NCBI GenBank assembly: GCA_041649675.1
Contig: JBAZMQ010000004.1
Coordinates: 16,338 to 80,337, forward strand
Source: Patescibacteria group bacterium
Lineage (GTDB): Bacteria > Patescibacteriota > Patescibacteriia > Buchananbacterales > UBA6539
Length of the DNA stretch: 64,000 nt
Direction of reading: 5' to 3'
Position 1 is the first letter of the stretch, and each line of letters starts with the position of its first letter. A model generated the notes under the pieces. The model was not told the origin of the DNA and searched no databases. It saw only the letters and a program-made list of their open reading frames with translations. The position numbers were made by a program, and so were the translations under genes. Below are positions 47,094 to 57,908 of the stretch, one piece after another.

Positions 47094-48491
47094 ATGGCCA
47101 TTACTTTGGGCAATAAACAGTTAAGCAATTTATTTTATTTTGTTGTTGCTTATATTTTAATTTTGATTGGTTACGCTGCCAACCGCGGCTTATTTTTTAG
47201 CCAAACACAAGTCTGGTTTTTAATTTTAGCCTGGTTATTTTTAGTTTTGCCGTTTTTCAAAAAACAATTGTTGACTTTCAGGCTCAATCTTGATTTGCTA
47301 AACCTTCTTTTGTTAGTAGTTGGTTTTACCTTTTGTTTATCTTTGTTTTTTGACGAAGCAATGTATTTTTCCTCAAGGCAAGCTTTCTCAAATGTTTTTT
47401 TGTTAAAATCCCTGGCTTTGATTTTATTTCTTTTTTATTTTATTGATTTTAAATTTTTGTCTAAGAATTTTTTTAGTCTTGTCCTTTTGCATCTTTGGAA
47501 GAATAAGTTTATCTATTTATTAATTATTGCTTTTTTGCTTCGTTTATTAATAATTTTTTACTCACCCGCACCGCAAATTGATGTTTTTTGGTTTTTAGAC
47601 GGTGGCGCTAAGGCTTTAGTGGCCGGTCATAATCCTTATTCGGAAGTATTTTTTAATCCTTATACTGCTGATCAAGGAAAACAACTTTATGGTGATGCTA
47701 ATTTTCAAAATGATAATTACTCCTATTTACCAACAACTATTTTTTTGACTACTATCTCTAAATTATTTTTTGGCGACGTTCGCTTTATTTATTTGTTTGC
47801 GGTTTTTGGTACCGCAGCAATCATTTATTTTTTAGTTAGAAGAAAATTCGGCCAGCCAGCGGAAATTGCCGAGTTATTATCTTTGCTAATTCTTTATGCG
47901 CCGCTATCGCTTTTTGTTTTAGAGCAGGCCTGGAGCGAGCCGCTATCAATCTTTTTGTTGGCTTTATTTGTTTTGGCTGTAAGTCTTAATTGGCGTTATC
48001 TGCCGTATTTAATTTTTGGTTCTTTTCTGGGAGTCAAGCAGGTCTCTTTGGTATTTTTGGCTTTTTTATGTCGTTTTGAGTTTATTAATCCAAAGAAGTA
48101 TTTGTTGTCCATCGTGACAATGTTAGCAATTATTCTTCCTTTTTTAGCTTGGGACTGCCGTAATTTTATTAATGACACTATTGTTCATCACGTTTTATTT
48201 CAGCCGCCGCTTCATTCATTGACTTTGAATACTCTAAGCAGAATCTTATTTTATCAAGATATCCCAGCAGTAATTTATTTGCCTTTATTATTAGGCTTAT
48301 TCTTATTTTTATTTTTTAAAACTAAAAGAGATTTATCGGGCATTATTCACTCCTCGTTAGTTTTTCTTTTTGCCTTATTTTTAATAAAACAAGGTTTTGC
48401 TAATTACTATTATAGTATTATTGGTGGCCTAATAATTCTAATGGCTTTGGAATTAGGCCAACCCGACTTAAATTATGAAAATCAAAAATAA
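47094..48491 (+). CDS. Polytopic membrane protein (465 aa), putative GT-C-type glycosyl/mannosyltransferase
   Basis: More than 10 predicted TM helices with short loops. No soluble domain. Confidence 0.4.
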   Translation: MAITLGNKQLSNLFYFVVAYILILIGYAANRGLFFSQTQVWFLILAWLFLVLPFFKKQLLTFRLNLDLLNLLLLVVGFTFCLSLFFDEAMYFSSRQAFSNVFLLKSLALILFLFYFIDFKFLSKNFFSLVLLHLWKNKFIYLLIIAFLLRLLIIFYSPAPQIDVFWFLDGGAKALVAGHNPYSEVFFNPYTADQGKQLYGDANFQNDNYSYLPTTIFLTTISKLFFGDVRFIYLFAVFGTAAIIYFLVRRKFGQPAEIAELLSLLILYAPLSLFVLEQAWSEPLSIFLLALFVLAVSLNWRYLPYLIFGSFLGVKQVSLVFLAFLCRFEFINPKKYLLSIVTMLAIILPFLAWDCRNFINDTIVHHVLFQPPLHSLTLNTLSRILFYQDIPAVIYLPLLLGLFLFLFFKTKRDLSGIIHSSLVFLFALFLIKQGFANYYYSIIGGLIILMALELGQPDLNYENQK

Positions 48492-50346
48492 ATTGGATAA
48501 ATTATACAAAGCATTGATTAGCCAGTACCAAAAATTAATAATAGATAGAAATTTTATTCTAGCGGCTGTAATTTTTACCGTCGCCATTGCCGTCTATCTT
48601 TTTACTTTGGCCCCGTCAGTTACCATGGAAGATAGTGCTGAATTGATTACCACCGCTTACACTTTAGGCATTGCCCACCCTTCCGGTTATCCGTTATATG
48701 TTTTATTGGGTCACCTTTTTACCTGTATTCCTTGGGCAACGATTGCTTGGCGGGTTAATTTGTTGTCAGCCGTTTTTGGCGCTTTAACAATTGCTTTGTT
48801 CTATTTGATTTTAGTTAAAATAAATATTAAAAAGCCAATTGCCTTTTGTTGTGGCTTGGTTGCCGCTTTTGGCCCGATATTTTGGTCACAAAGCGTAGTA
48901 GCCAAATTTTATACCCTCAATACCTTCTTTGTTTGTTTATTAATTTTAATTCTTTTAATTTGGTCACAAAAAAAAGAAAACAAATACTTGCTTTGGTTTT
49001 CTTTGCTGTATGGAGTTAGCTTGACTAACCACACGATGATTATTCTCTTAGCGCCGGCTTTTGCCGTCTATATAGTTTTTACCGAGCGTAAAATTATTTT
49101 GAATTGGCCTTTGATTTTAAAAATGTTTATCCTTTTTTTGTTAGGCCTGCTTGTTTATTTATATATCCCGATTCGGGCCTGGCAAAAGCCGGTTTTTAAC
49201 TGGGGAATTATTAGTACCTGGCATGATGTTTGGGTTCATATTGGTAGGCGACAGTATAATGATTTTTCACCTTTGCTCAATTCTTACGGCAAAGTTGGCA
49301 TTTTTGTTTCTTTTATTTTTGAAATTTATCGTCAATTTTTTTGGCCGGCTTTACTGCTAGCATTTTTAGGCGTGGTCTATCTTTGGCAAAAGAGTAAGGC
49401 CTTAACGCTTTTAACGGTCGGTGTTTTTTTAGGCAATAGCCTGGGAATAATTTTTTTGCGTAAATTTGGTTGGGGATTAGGAATTGATTATACTTACCGA
49501 GTTTATTATTTGCCAGCTTTTTTAATGGTTATCGTTTGGGTTGCATTTATTATTAATTATCTTTATAATTTTTTGATTCAAGCGCTTGCTGGCAAACCAA
49601 AATTATTTTTGCGGTTGAGCCAAACAATATTTTTTGTACTTTTGTTTTCTTTACCGCCAAGCTTCTTGATTAATAATTATAAACTCTGCGATTTCAGTCA
49701 TTTCTGGTTTAATTATGATTACACTAAAAATCTTTTGGCCAGCCTTGAACCAAATAGCATTTATTATTTTGCCTACGATGGCAGTTTGCAAGGTGATACT
49801 GAGCTTTTTACTCTAGCTTATTTTAAAATGGTCCAAAATTTTCGGCCTGATGTCAGCGTAATTTCTGAGCAAAATCTTTTTTACAAGGATGTTTTGATCA
49901 CCTTACCTAAGGAGTATTACAAATTAGACTTTGAAAATCGCCGAAAAGAGATTTTTAAATTGTTACAAGAAATAAAGGGTCGGCCGATTTACTCTAATTT
50001 TGCTCCAACCAATGATGATCTAACCGCTGGAGTTTTTGCTTTGTCAAATGGTTATGCCTATCGGTTTTATTCAAACATTAAATTAGCAGCTCAGGTAAAA
50101 CCGACATTATATTTAGCGGCAATTAGGGGCCTGAGCGAAGTAGATGAACTTGATGATTATCCAACTGCCGGGCTAGCGGCCCATTATTATTATAATTTAG
50201 CTTCCTTTTATTTGACGGCCGGGCAAAAGAATAAATCGCAATATTATTTAATCAAGGCTTTTAATTTAGACACCGCACCGCAGAATCATGAATATCGTCG
50301 ATTTATGGTTTACCGTTCCCAGTGGTTAAAACAAGGTAAAAATTAA
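48475..50346 (+). CDS. DUF2723/TMEM260-like polytopic membrane protein with C-terminal soluble repeat domain (putative O-glycosyltransferase)
   Basis: N-terminal 'MEDSAELITTAYTLGIAHPSGYPLY' matches the conserved DUF2723 acidic/HPPGYP-type motif. About 11 TM helices plus a ~270-aa C-terminal domain. Confidence 0.45.
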   Translation: MKIKNKLDKLYKALISQYQKLIIDRNFILAAVIFTVAIAVYLFTLAPSVTMEDSAELITTAYTLGIAHPSGYPLYVLLGHLFTCIPWATIAWRVNLLSAVFGALTIALFYLILVKINIKKPIAFCCGLVAAFGPIFWSQSVVAKFYTLNTFFVCLLILILLIWSQKKENKYLLWFSLLYGVSLTNHTMIILLAPAFAVYIVFTERKIILNWPLILKMFILFLLGLLVYLYIPIRAWQKPVFNWGIISTWHDVWVHIGRRQYNDFSPLLNSYGKVGIFVSFIFEIYRQFFWPALLLAFLGVVYLWQKSKALTLLTVGVFLGNSLGIIFLRKFGWGLGIDYTYRVYYLPAFLMVIVWVAFIINYLYNFLIQALAGKPKLFLRLSQTIFFVLLFSLPPSFLINNYKLCDFSHFWFNYDYTKNLLASLEPNSIYYFAYDGSLQGDTELFTLAYFKMVQNFRPDVSVISEQNLFYKDVLITLPKEYYKLDFENRRKEIFKLLQEIKGRPIYSNFAPTNDDLTAGVFALSNGYAYRFYSNIKLAAQVKPTLYLAAIRGLSEVDELDDYPTAGLAAHYYYNLASFYLTAGQKNKSQYYLIKAFNLDTAPQNHEYRRFMVYRSQWLKQGKN

Positions 50347-50456
50347 TAAATTGGTTGTCAGTTGTATTTACTAAAAACATAAATTCTGGTATAATCTAGA
50401 GTAGAGGATTTAATCTCAATTTAAATACTAAAAAAACAAAGAAAAAACAAAGAAAG

Positions 50457-50644
50457 GGGGTGGAAAATGAGAAAGAAACAAGGTTTTACTCTTATTGAGT
50501 TGTTGGTAGTTATTGCCATTATTGGGCTTTTGTCCACTTTGGCAGTAGTTTCATTAAATTCCGCTCGTCAGAAGGCCAGGGATGCCAAGCGGGTGGCTGA
50601 TATTAAACAAATTCAGACCGCTTTAGAGCTTTATTTCAACGACA
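50457..50644 (+). repeat. Dispersed direct repeat copy B (partner of 44250-44437)
   Basis: See copy A. The 89-nt identical core is at 50554-50642. Confidence 0.85.
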
Positions 50645-50949
50645 ATAATAGTTATCCTAACGACGTTGGTGCTGATGTGACTTTGGGTGGATCGGCTAGT
50701 AATAATTGTTTGGGTAATGACGGTTTCAATACCGCTGGTAGCACTTGTTCAGCGCCAGTTTATATGGGCTTAATTCCTTCTAATCCAACACCCGGTGGAA
50801 CAGCCTATATTTATCAAGGGGTAGGCGAAACCGGTGGTTATTGCCAAACTGGCATTTGTCCTAAATATCAAATTACATTTAGTTTAGAAGGCAAGACCGG
50901 TGGTTTAGAATCAGGTCTCCATACTGCTTATCAAGACGGAATGAAATAA
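50467..50949 (+). CDS. pilA: Type IV major pilin, paralog 2
   Basis: 'MRKKQG|FTLIELLVVIAIIGLLSTLAV'. The first 60 aa are near-identical to paralog 1 and the C-terminal half diverges (more Cys residues). Confidence 0.85.
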   Translation: MRKKQGFTLIELLVVIAIIGLLSTLAVVSLNSARQKARDAKRVADIKQIQTALELYFNDNNSYPNDVGADVTLGGSASNNCLGNDGFNTAGSTCSAPVYMGLIPSNPTPGGTAYIYQGVGETGGYCQTGICPKYQITFSLEGKTGGLESGLHTAYQDGMK

Positions 50950-50965
50950 TTTCTAAATATAGATC

Positions 50966-51006
50966 AAAACAAGGCTTTGCTCTTCGGTGAGGCCTTGTTT
51001 TTTGCC
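50966..51006 (+). terminator. Intrinsic terminator after pilin 2 (10-bp stem CAAAACAAGGC/GCCTTGTTTT, 16-nt loop, T-run)
   Basis: Inverted repeat followed by 'ttttttgcc'. Confidence 0.7.
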
Positions 51007-51102
51007 AGTTTTATGGTTTGTCTTATTTGTTTTTGTAAGGTAAAATTAAGATATAACCGCTTAATTAATTAAGGTAAGTTTTGGTTACTTTATTAATGTT
51101 TT

Positions 51103-51849
51103 ATGTATAGTTTTTTCATCTTTATCCTAGGACTGATAGTTGGTAGTTTTTTAAATGTGGTTATTCTGCGGCTAGGGACTAAAAAGTCGTTTTTCACCGG
51201 CCGGTCCCAATGCCCTTGTTGCGGCAAAAAAATTGCGGCTTACGACAATATTCCTCTAGTCAGTTTTATTCTTCTGCGCGGTCATTGTCGTAATTGTAAG
51301 AAAAATATTTCTTGGCAGTATCCTTTAATTGAATTACTCACTGCTTTTATTTTTGTTTGGTTCTCTCTGCGTTTTGGTTTAACGGCGCAGTTTTTAATTT
51401 ACTCAATTTTTAGTAGTTTTTTAATAGTCATTTTTGTCTATGATCTTAAAAACTATTTGATCCTGGATCAAATTACAATCCCAGCAATGGTCATTGCTTT
51501 TTTTTCCAGTCTATACTTGGGCCTCGGTCTAGGGAATATAATTTTAGCCGCTATTATTGGCAGCGGCTTTTTTGCCCTTCAGTACTTTATTTCAAAAGGT
51601 AAATGGGTTGGTGATGGTGATATTCGCCTAGGGGCTTTAATGGGTTTAATGCTGGGTTGGAAATTTTTGTTAGTCGCTTTATTTTTGGCCTATATTATTG
51701 GTAGCATCTTTGGTCTCACTTTAATTTTGGTGGGCAAAAAAAAGATGTCTTCGGCCGTACCTTTTGGTCCGTTTTTAACTCTTGGTACCTTCATTGCTTT
51801 GATTTACGGGCAATCAATTTTAAATTGGTATTTTAATTTACTTTATTGA
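51103..51849 (+). CDS. pilD: Prepilin peptidase PilD (A24 family)
   Basis: N-terminal tetracysteine 'CPCCGKK...CRNC', multiple TM helices and conserved Asp residues. Confidence 0.85.
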   Translation: MYSFFIFILGLIVGSFLNVVILRLGTKKSFFTGRSQCPCCGKKIAAYDNIPLVSFILLRGHCRNCKKNISWQYPLIELLTAFIFVWFSLRFGLTAQFLIYSIFSSFLIVIFVYDLKNYLILDQITIPAMVIAFFSSLYLGLGLGNIILAAIIGSGFFALQYFISKGKWVGDGDIRLGALMGLMLGWKFLLVALFLAYIIGSIFGLTLILVGKKKMSSAVPFGPFLTLGTFIALIYGQSILNWYFNLLY

Positions 51850-52502
51850 TGAACAGATTTTTAGTTAAAAAATCATCACGACGTTTCCCCTCAGCCGGTT
51901 TTACCGTAATTGATCTTTTGGTTTCAGTAGCGATACTGGGAATAATGCTTACTTTTGTTTTAGCTAACTTTCGGGCCGCTAAAACTAGCGGTGATTTAGA
52001 TGTTGTTATTAAAAGAATTGTTGACGGGATTACTACGGTTAGAAATATGAGTTTAGGCGGTCAACTGACCAACAGTTCTTTCCCCGAAGGTGGTTATGGC
52101 ATCCATTTTGATTTTGATAATCCCAACCGTTATATTTTGTTTTTAGCGGCTGTAGCTGGTAATAGCTATATTCCTAATGTTAACGGATTAAGTAATGGTA
52201 TTGTTGAATTTGACGGCATTAAATTAACAGAAGTTTGTGGCCATAAAGAGTTACAATTAAATGAAACTTTGGGTTTACCTTGTACCGACAGTTGGCAAAG
52301 AATTAATTGGCAAACAGCTGGCGATTTTATGGAAATTAAATTCTTAGCTTACAATGAAATGGCCATTAATTATTCTAACTATCAATTAAGTGATGACTTT
52401 AAATATATTGGCGGGGTTGTTAGCCAGGAAAAAACTGGTCAAACCGGCTATTTCTATGTTTCCTTAGTTTCCGGCTTAATTTCTGGTGATTTAAAAAGAT
52501 GA
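51846..52502 (+). CDS. Minor pilin / pseudopilin
   Basis: Prepilin motif 'SAGFTVIDLLVSVAILGIM'. Confidence 0.6.
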   Translation: MMNRFLVKKSSRRFPSAGFTVIDLLVSVAILGIMLTFVLANFRAAKTSGDLDVVIKRIVDGITTVRNMSLGGQLTNSSFPEGGYGIHFDFDNPNRYILFLAAVAGNSYIPNVNGLSNGIVEFDGIKLTEVCGHKELQLNETLGLPCTDSWQRINWQTAGDFMEIKFLAYNEMAINYSNYQLSDDFKYIGGVVSQEKTGQTGYFYVSLVSGLISGDLKR

Positions 52503-53104
52503 AAAATAAGAAAAAATTACAATTTGGCCAAAGCTTATTAGAAACAATTTTTGCAATCGGCATTCTATTGATTGTGTTAGCAGCAATTCTGGCTTTGGTT
52601 ACCTCCTCGGTGATTGGTCAAAAAGAAAGTGAATCGCAAATTATTGCTAATAATTTGGGCCGGGAAGCAATTGAAGCGGTTAGAAATATCCGTGATTCAA
52701 ATTGGCTAGGCAATCAGCAATGGGATTTGGGTTTGGTTGACCCGGTAACTGCCTCTGGCTATACTGCTGCCCGAGCCGATATTTCTGATACTGGCAGTTG
52801 GCAACTGAGTTTTTTTTCCGATCAGGAAATCAATAATAAAGATTTACTTTACGTTTCGCCTCTGGGCATTTATAGCCATAATCCGATTGGCAGCGAGCAA
52901 TCACTTTTTTCTCGTCATTTAACCTTGGAAAGTATTTGTCAGGGAAAAGATTTGGCTGGCAATTATCTAGCTGAGGTAATTAAAAGGACTTGCGATCAAA
53001 CTGAATTGAAAGTCGGTATTAAAGTTAAAGCAATAGTTCAATGGCAAGAACGCGGCCGACTTCGGCAAGTAGTTTTAGATGATTTAATTTATGAATGGAA
53101 ATAA
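52499..53104 (+). CDS. Minor pilin / pseudopilin
   Basis: Prepilin-like N-terminus 'GQSLLETIFAIGILLIVL'. Confidence 0.55.
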   Translation: MKNKKKLQFGQSLLETIFAIGILLIVLAAILALVTSSVIGQKESESQIIANNLGREAIEAVRNIRDSNWLGNQQWDLGLVDPVTASGYTAARADISDTGSWQLSFFSDQEINNKDLLYVSPLGIYSHNPIGSEQSLFSRHLTLESICQGKDLAGNYLAEVIKRTCDQTELKVGIKVKAIVQWQERGRLRQVVLDDLIYEWK

Positions 53105-53885
53105 TTACAAAAAAATAAAATCCGGATTTACCTTAATTGAAATTTTAGTGGTTTTAGGGATATTTTCGCTTTTAGTGGTTGTTATTATTAATGTTTTTTT
53201 ATTAGCTTTGCAGTCTCAGCGGCAGACTTCCAGTCGTCAAAAATCCTTATCAAATCTTCGCTATGTGACCGAAACCATTGCCCAACGTATCCGAACTTCA
53301 GAGATTAATTATTCAGGTTATGACAACAATATTATTACCAATCCAAACGACAAATTGGCTTTAATTGATCAAGCCGGTAACAAGTTAAATTATTTTAAAG
53401 AGGGGGACAGTATTAAATTTGAAAACGAATCAAGCGGCGAGCAGGCCTTAATTACCGATCTGAGCCAAGTTAAGGTAGTTAATTTATCTTTTTATATTAA
53501 TCCAGTAACCGATCCTTTTACCGAAGATCGCTGCAATGAAGACGCCGATTGCAAAAATTCGTTAATCTCCCTTGGCGGCGGCTGCAGTTTGTTAGGTAAA
53601 ATCTGCAAGGCCGGATCGAATAAAGGCAAACCTTGTTCTTCAGTTAATGATTGTGCTGGTAATGAATGTTATTCCCCGGAATTTAAAGTTGGATTTTGCC
53701 AATGCAGCCAAAATGCCGATTGTAAAACAAATTATTGTCAGCCAAGCGAACATCTGTGCGTGCCGCTTGACCGTCAGCCGCTGGTAACAATGGTTTTGGG
53801 TTTTCAGTCAGTGGGGACAAAAGTTGAGCAGCAAAAAACAATTTATTTACAAACTACTATTTCCAGCCGGATTTATAAGCGTTAA
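53091..53885 (+). CDS. Minor pilin / pseudopilin, Cys-rich C-terminal domain
   Basis: 'KSGFTLIEILVVLGIFSLLVV' class III signal. Confidence 0.6.
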   Translation: MNGNNYKKIKSGFTLIEILVVLGIFSLLVVVIINVFLLALQSQRQTSSRQKSLSNLRYVTETIAQRIRTSEINYSGYDNNIITNPNDKLALIDQAGNKLNYFKEGDSIKFENESSGEQALITDLSQVKVVNLSFYINPVTDPFTEDRCNEDADCKNSLISLGGGCSLLGKICKAGSNKGKPCSSVNDCAGNECYSPEFKVGFCQCSQNADCKTNYCQPSEHLCVPLDRQPLVTMVLGFQSVGTKVEQQKTIYLQTTISSRIYKR

Positions 53886-53887
53886 TT

Positions 53888-54760
53888 ATGACAAGGATTT
53901 TTAAAAAACAATCAGGCATGGTCTTAATTCTGGTAATTTTAATTATTACTGCAGTTTTGGGTACGGCCGCAATTTTTAGTACTTTAATTGTCCGTGATAT
54001 CCAGCAGTCCCGTTTAATTGACCAATCAATCCAAGCCTATTATTTAGCTGAAAGCGGAGCGGAACGGTCTTTGTACCAGGTCCGACGGCGAGAGGCAATA
54101 ACTGATTGTGAAAAAGTGACACTGTCTGGTGTTTGTGATGATAACGGTTATTGTGTTGCTAATTCAACGATCCCTTGCGTTAACCAGGCCGGTGGCTTTG
54201 ATTGGAGTATTCGCGGCGGTTGGCAGATAAAAGCCAGTAACGAAACCGAAACATCATTTTCCTTCAGTCCCGGACAGTCTTTTCAAATTGATCTATTTAA
54301 TCCTTATCAATCAGGTGGTTCCAATATTCGGTCAGTTGGTGTTGATTGCAATATACCCAACCTTACTTTAAACGCAGAGTTTACTAATTTGTCTAATATT
54401 TTAAAAATCAGTAATTCTAATTGTTTAAACCAGCCGCCAGTATTTAAACAGGCAATTGATTCTTACCCTAATTCCATTGCGACTTTGGATGGCCGAGATA
54501 TCTTTACTGATTGTGCTTATAGTTTTCGTTTAACTTATCCGGTTGTTAGCGCCAACGATTCCAATGTCGCTACGGTGGTTACTTTAAAAGTTTATGATTC
54601 AGTTGGCAGTCAAATTGATATTCCCAGTCGTTTAATTATTGATTCCCAAGCGACCTTTGGTAATTCTTTTCAAAAGATTCGGGTTAGAACGCCAATGCGT
54701 CCGCCGTTATCCGGTCTTTATGATTTTGTTTTATTTTCCGAACAACCAATAATTAAGTAA
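53888..54760 (+). CDS. PilX-like minor pilin
   Basis: N-terminal 'KQSGMVLILVILIITAVLGTAAIFS' hydrophobic prepilin-like segment. Confidence 0.5.
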   Translation: MTRIFKKQSGMVLILVILIITAVLGTAAIFSTLIVRDIQQSRLIDQSIQAYYLAESGAERSLYQVRRREAITDCEKVTLSGVCDDNGYCVANSTIPCVNQAGGFDWSIRGGWQIKASNETETSFSFSPGQSFQIDLFNPYQSGGSNIRSVGVDCNIPNLTLNAEFTNLSNILKISNSNCLNQPPVFKQAIDSYPNSIATLDGRDIFTDCAYSFRLTYPVVSANDSNVATVVTLKVYDSVGSQIDIPSRLIIDSQATFGNSFQKIRVRTPMRPPLSGLYDFVLFSEQPIIK

Positions 54761-54769
54761 GTAAGATAA

Positions 54770-56833
<2,064 letters not shown>

Positions 56834-56850
56834 AAAATTTTAGTCTAACG

Positions 56851-57386
56851 AAAAGCACCCCCTTATGATAGTACTTTTTTCTGTCATTGTCTGTCTGTGT
56901 TTGAGGCAGGGCCAAGCATGCTAAAAGGGGGTGCAAAAATTGGTGTTTGGGTTGCCGAGGAAGGGTTTGAACCTTCAGGGCTTCAAAATTAATTGTGCAG
57001 CTACCCGGCAACACTGACGGAAAGAGTTTGTCGTTGCCCGGCGGCAACGATGCTTTTCGGTTCAGTCTTTTTAGGGTGAAGTAAAGAAAGATTGAAATGT
57101 TGGAAATCATTCGAACCGTACAGATAGTTCGCCCGAAAAGCATGGTTTTAGCAACCCGGGGAGAGTTGCTGGGAAAAGTTTACCATATCAGTTTGCAAAC
57201 CTCTTGGACAAGTGGTCACAAAACTAAGAAACAATGGTAAGCTTTACCAGCTGAAATTTCTGCTGCCTGATATTTCAGGCAAGGTAGGGGCCTGTCGGTT
57301 GCGACGGGGTAATCGCTTTGGGGCAGGGGGGATCCTCCTAACAGACAATTTCAGTGTTTTCTCTCGCAGGAGAAAATTTTTTTAGC
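56851..57386 (+). ncRNA. Candidate structured non-coding RNA locus (identity unresolved: tmRNA-like, RNase P-like or tRNA-like elements) ending in an intrinsic terminator
   Basis: - 690-bp ORF-free region.
- 8-bp long-range complement GCACCCCC (56855-56862) / GGGGGTGC (56927-56934).
- 'GGGGCCTGTCGGTTGCGACGGGG' (57287-57309) resembles the tmRNA 5' consensus GGGG-N6-GGAUUCGAC(A/G)GGG.
- On the minus strand, a canonical T-arm GAAGG-TTCAAAC-CCTTC (plus 56960-56976) with a 7-bp acceptor-like pairing TGCCGGG/CTCGGCA.
- Several further hairpins. Confidence 0.3.
57357..57383 (+). terminator. Intrinsic terminator (stem TTTTCTCT/GGAGAAAA, loop CGCA, T7) closing the candidate ncRNA and preceding gatC
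   Basis: Hairpin followed directly by 'ttttttt'. Confidence 0.65.
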
Positions 57387-57547
57387 TACTGATAACTTAC
57401 AGTATAATCTTTTTCTTTGACTTGTCAAACCAAAATAATCCTTATATACTGTAATAGTAAATTCTAAGCCCAAAATATCAAATTTAGAATTTGAGATTTG
57501 TTTGGAAATTGGAATTTTGAATTTTGTATTTATCTTTAACTACAACT

Positions 57548-57838
57548 ATGGCTTTATCAAAAAAAGACGTTGAACATATTGCTTTGTTAGCCCGGCTTGG
57601 GTTAACTGAGGCTGAAAAGGAGAAATTTGCCAGTCAACTTTCTTCAATTTTAGATTACTTTGAGCAGCTTAAGGAAGTTAATACAAACGGGGTTGAGCCA
57701 ACCGCCCAAGTGACTGGTTTGGAAAACGTATTAAGAGATGATGTTGTTGAAAGTTATGATGCTGAAACAATGAAAAAATTGGTTGATTTAGCACCGGAGC
57801 ATGAAGATAATTTGGTCAAGACTAAATCGGTTTTTTAA
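57548..57838 (+). CDS. gatC: Glu/Asp-tRNA(Gln/Asn) amidotransferase subunit C
   Basis: 'LSKKDVEHIALLARLGLTEAEKEKFASQL...FEQL' is a typical GatC. ATG 57548 is preferred over the TTG at 57524. Confidence 0.85.
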   Translation: MALSKKDVEHIALLARLGLTEAEKEKFASQLSSILDYFEQLKEVNTNGVEPTAQVTGLENVLRDDVVESYDAETMKKLVDLAPEHEDNLVKTKSVF

Positions 57839-57908
57839 TAAGCAATTTAACAATGTAACAATTTAGCAATTGAGCCTTTAGGTTGAATTGTTAAATTGTT
57901 AAATTGTT

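Noticed and set aside
44250-50644. A possible CRISPR-like or tandem repeat array suggested by the repeated pilin 5' segments
   Set aside because: There are only two copies, 6.2 kb apart, and both lie inside protein-coding pilin genes. This is a gene duplication, not a CRISPR array. No short regularly spaced repeats were seen anywhere in the window.
57287-57386. Confident call of a one-piece tmRNA (ssrA) starting at 57287
   Set aside because: The 5' motif is a good match, but only ~100 nt follow before a terminator. No T-arm or CCA 3' end, and no plausible tag ORF, are found downstream. The feature is therefore kept only as an unresolved candidate ncRNA.
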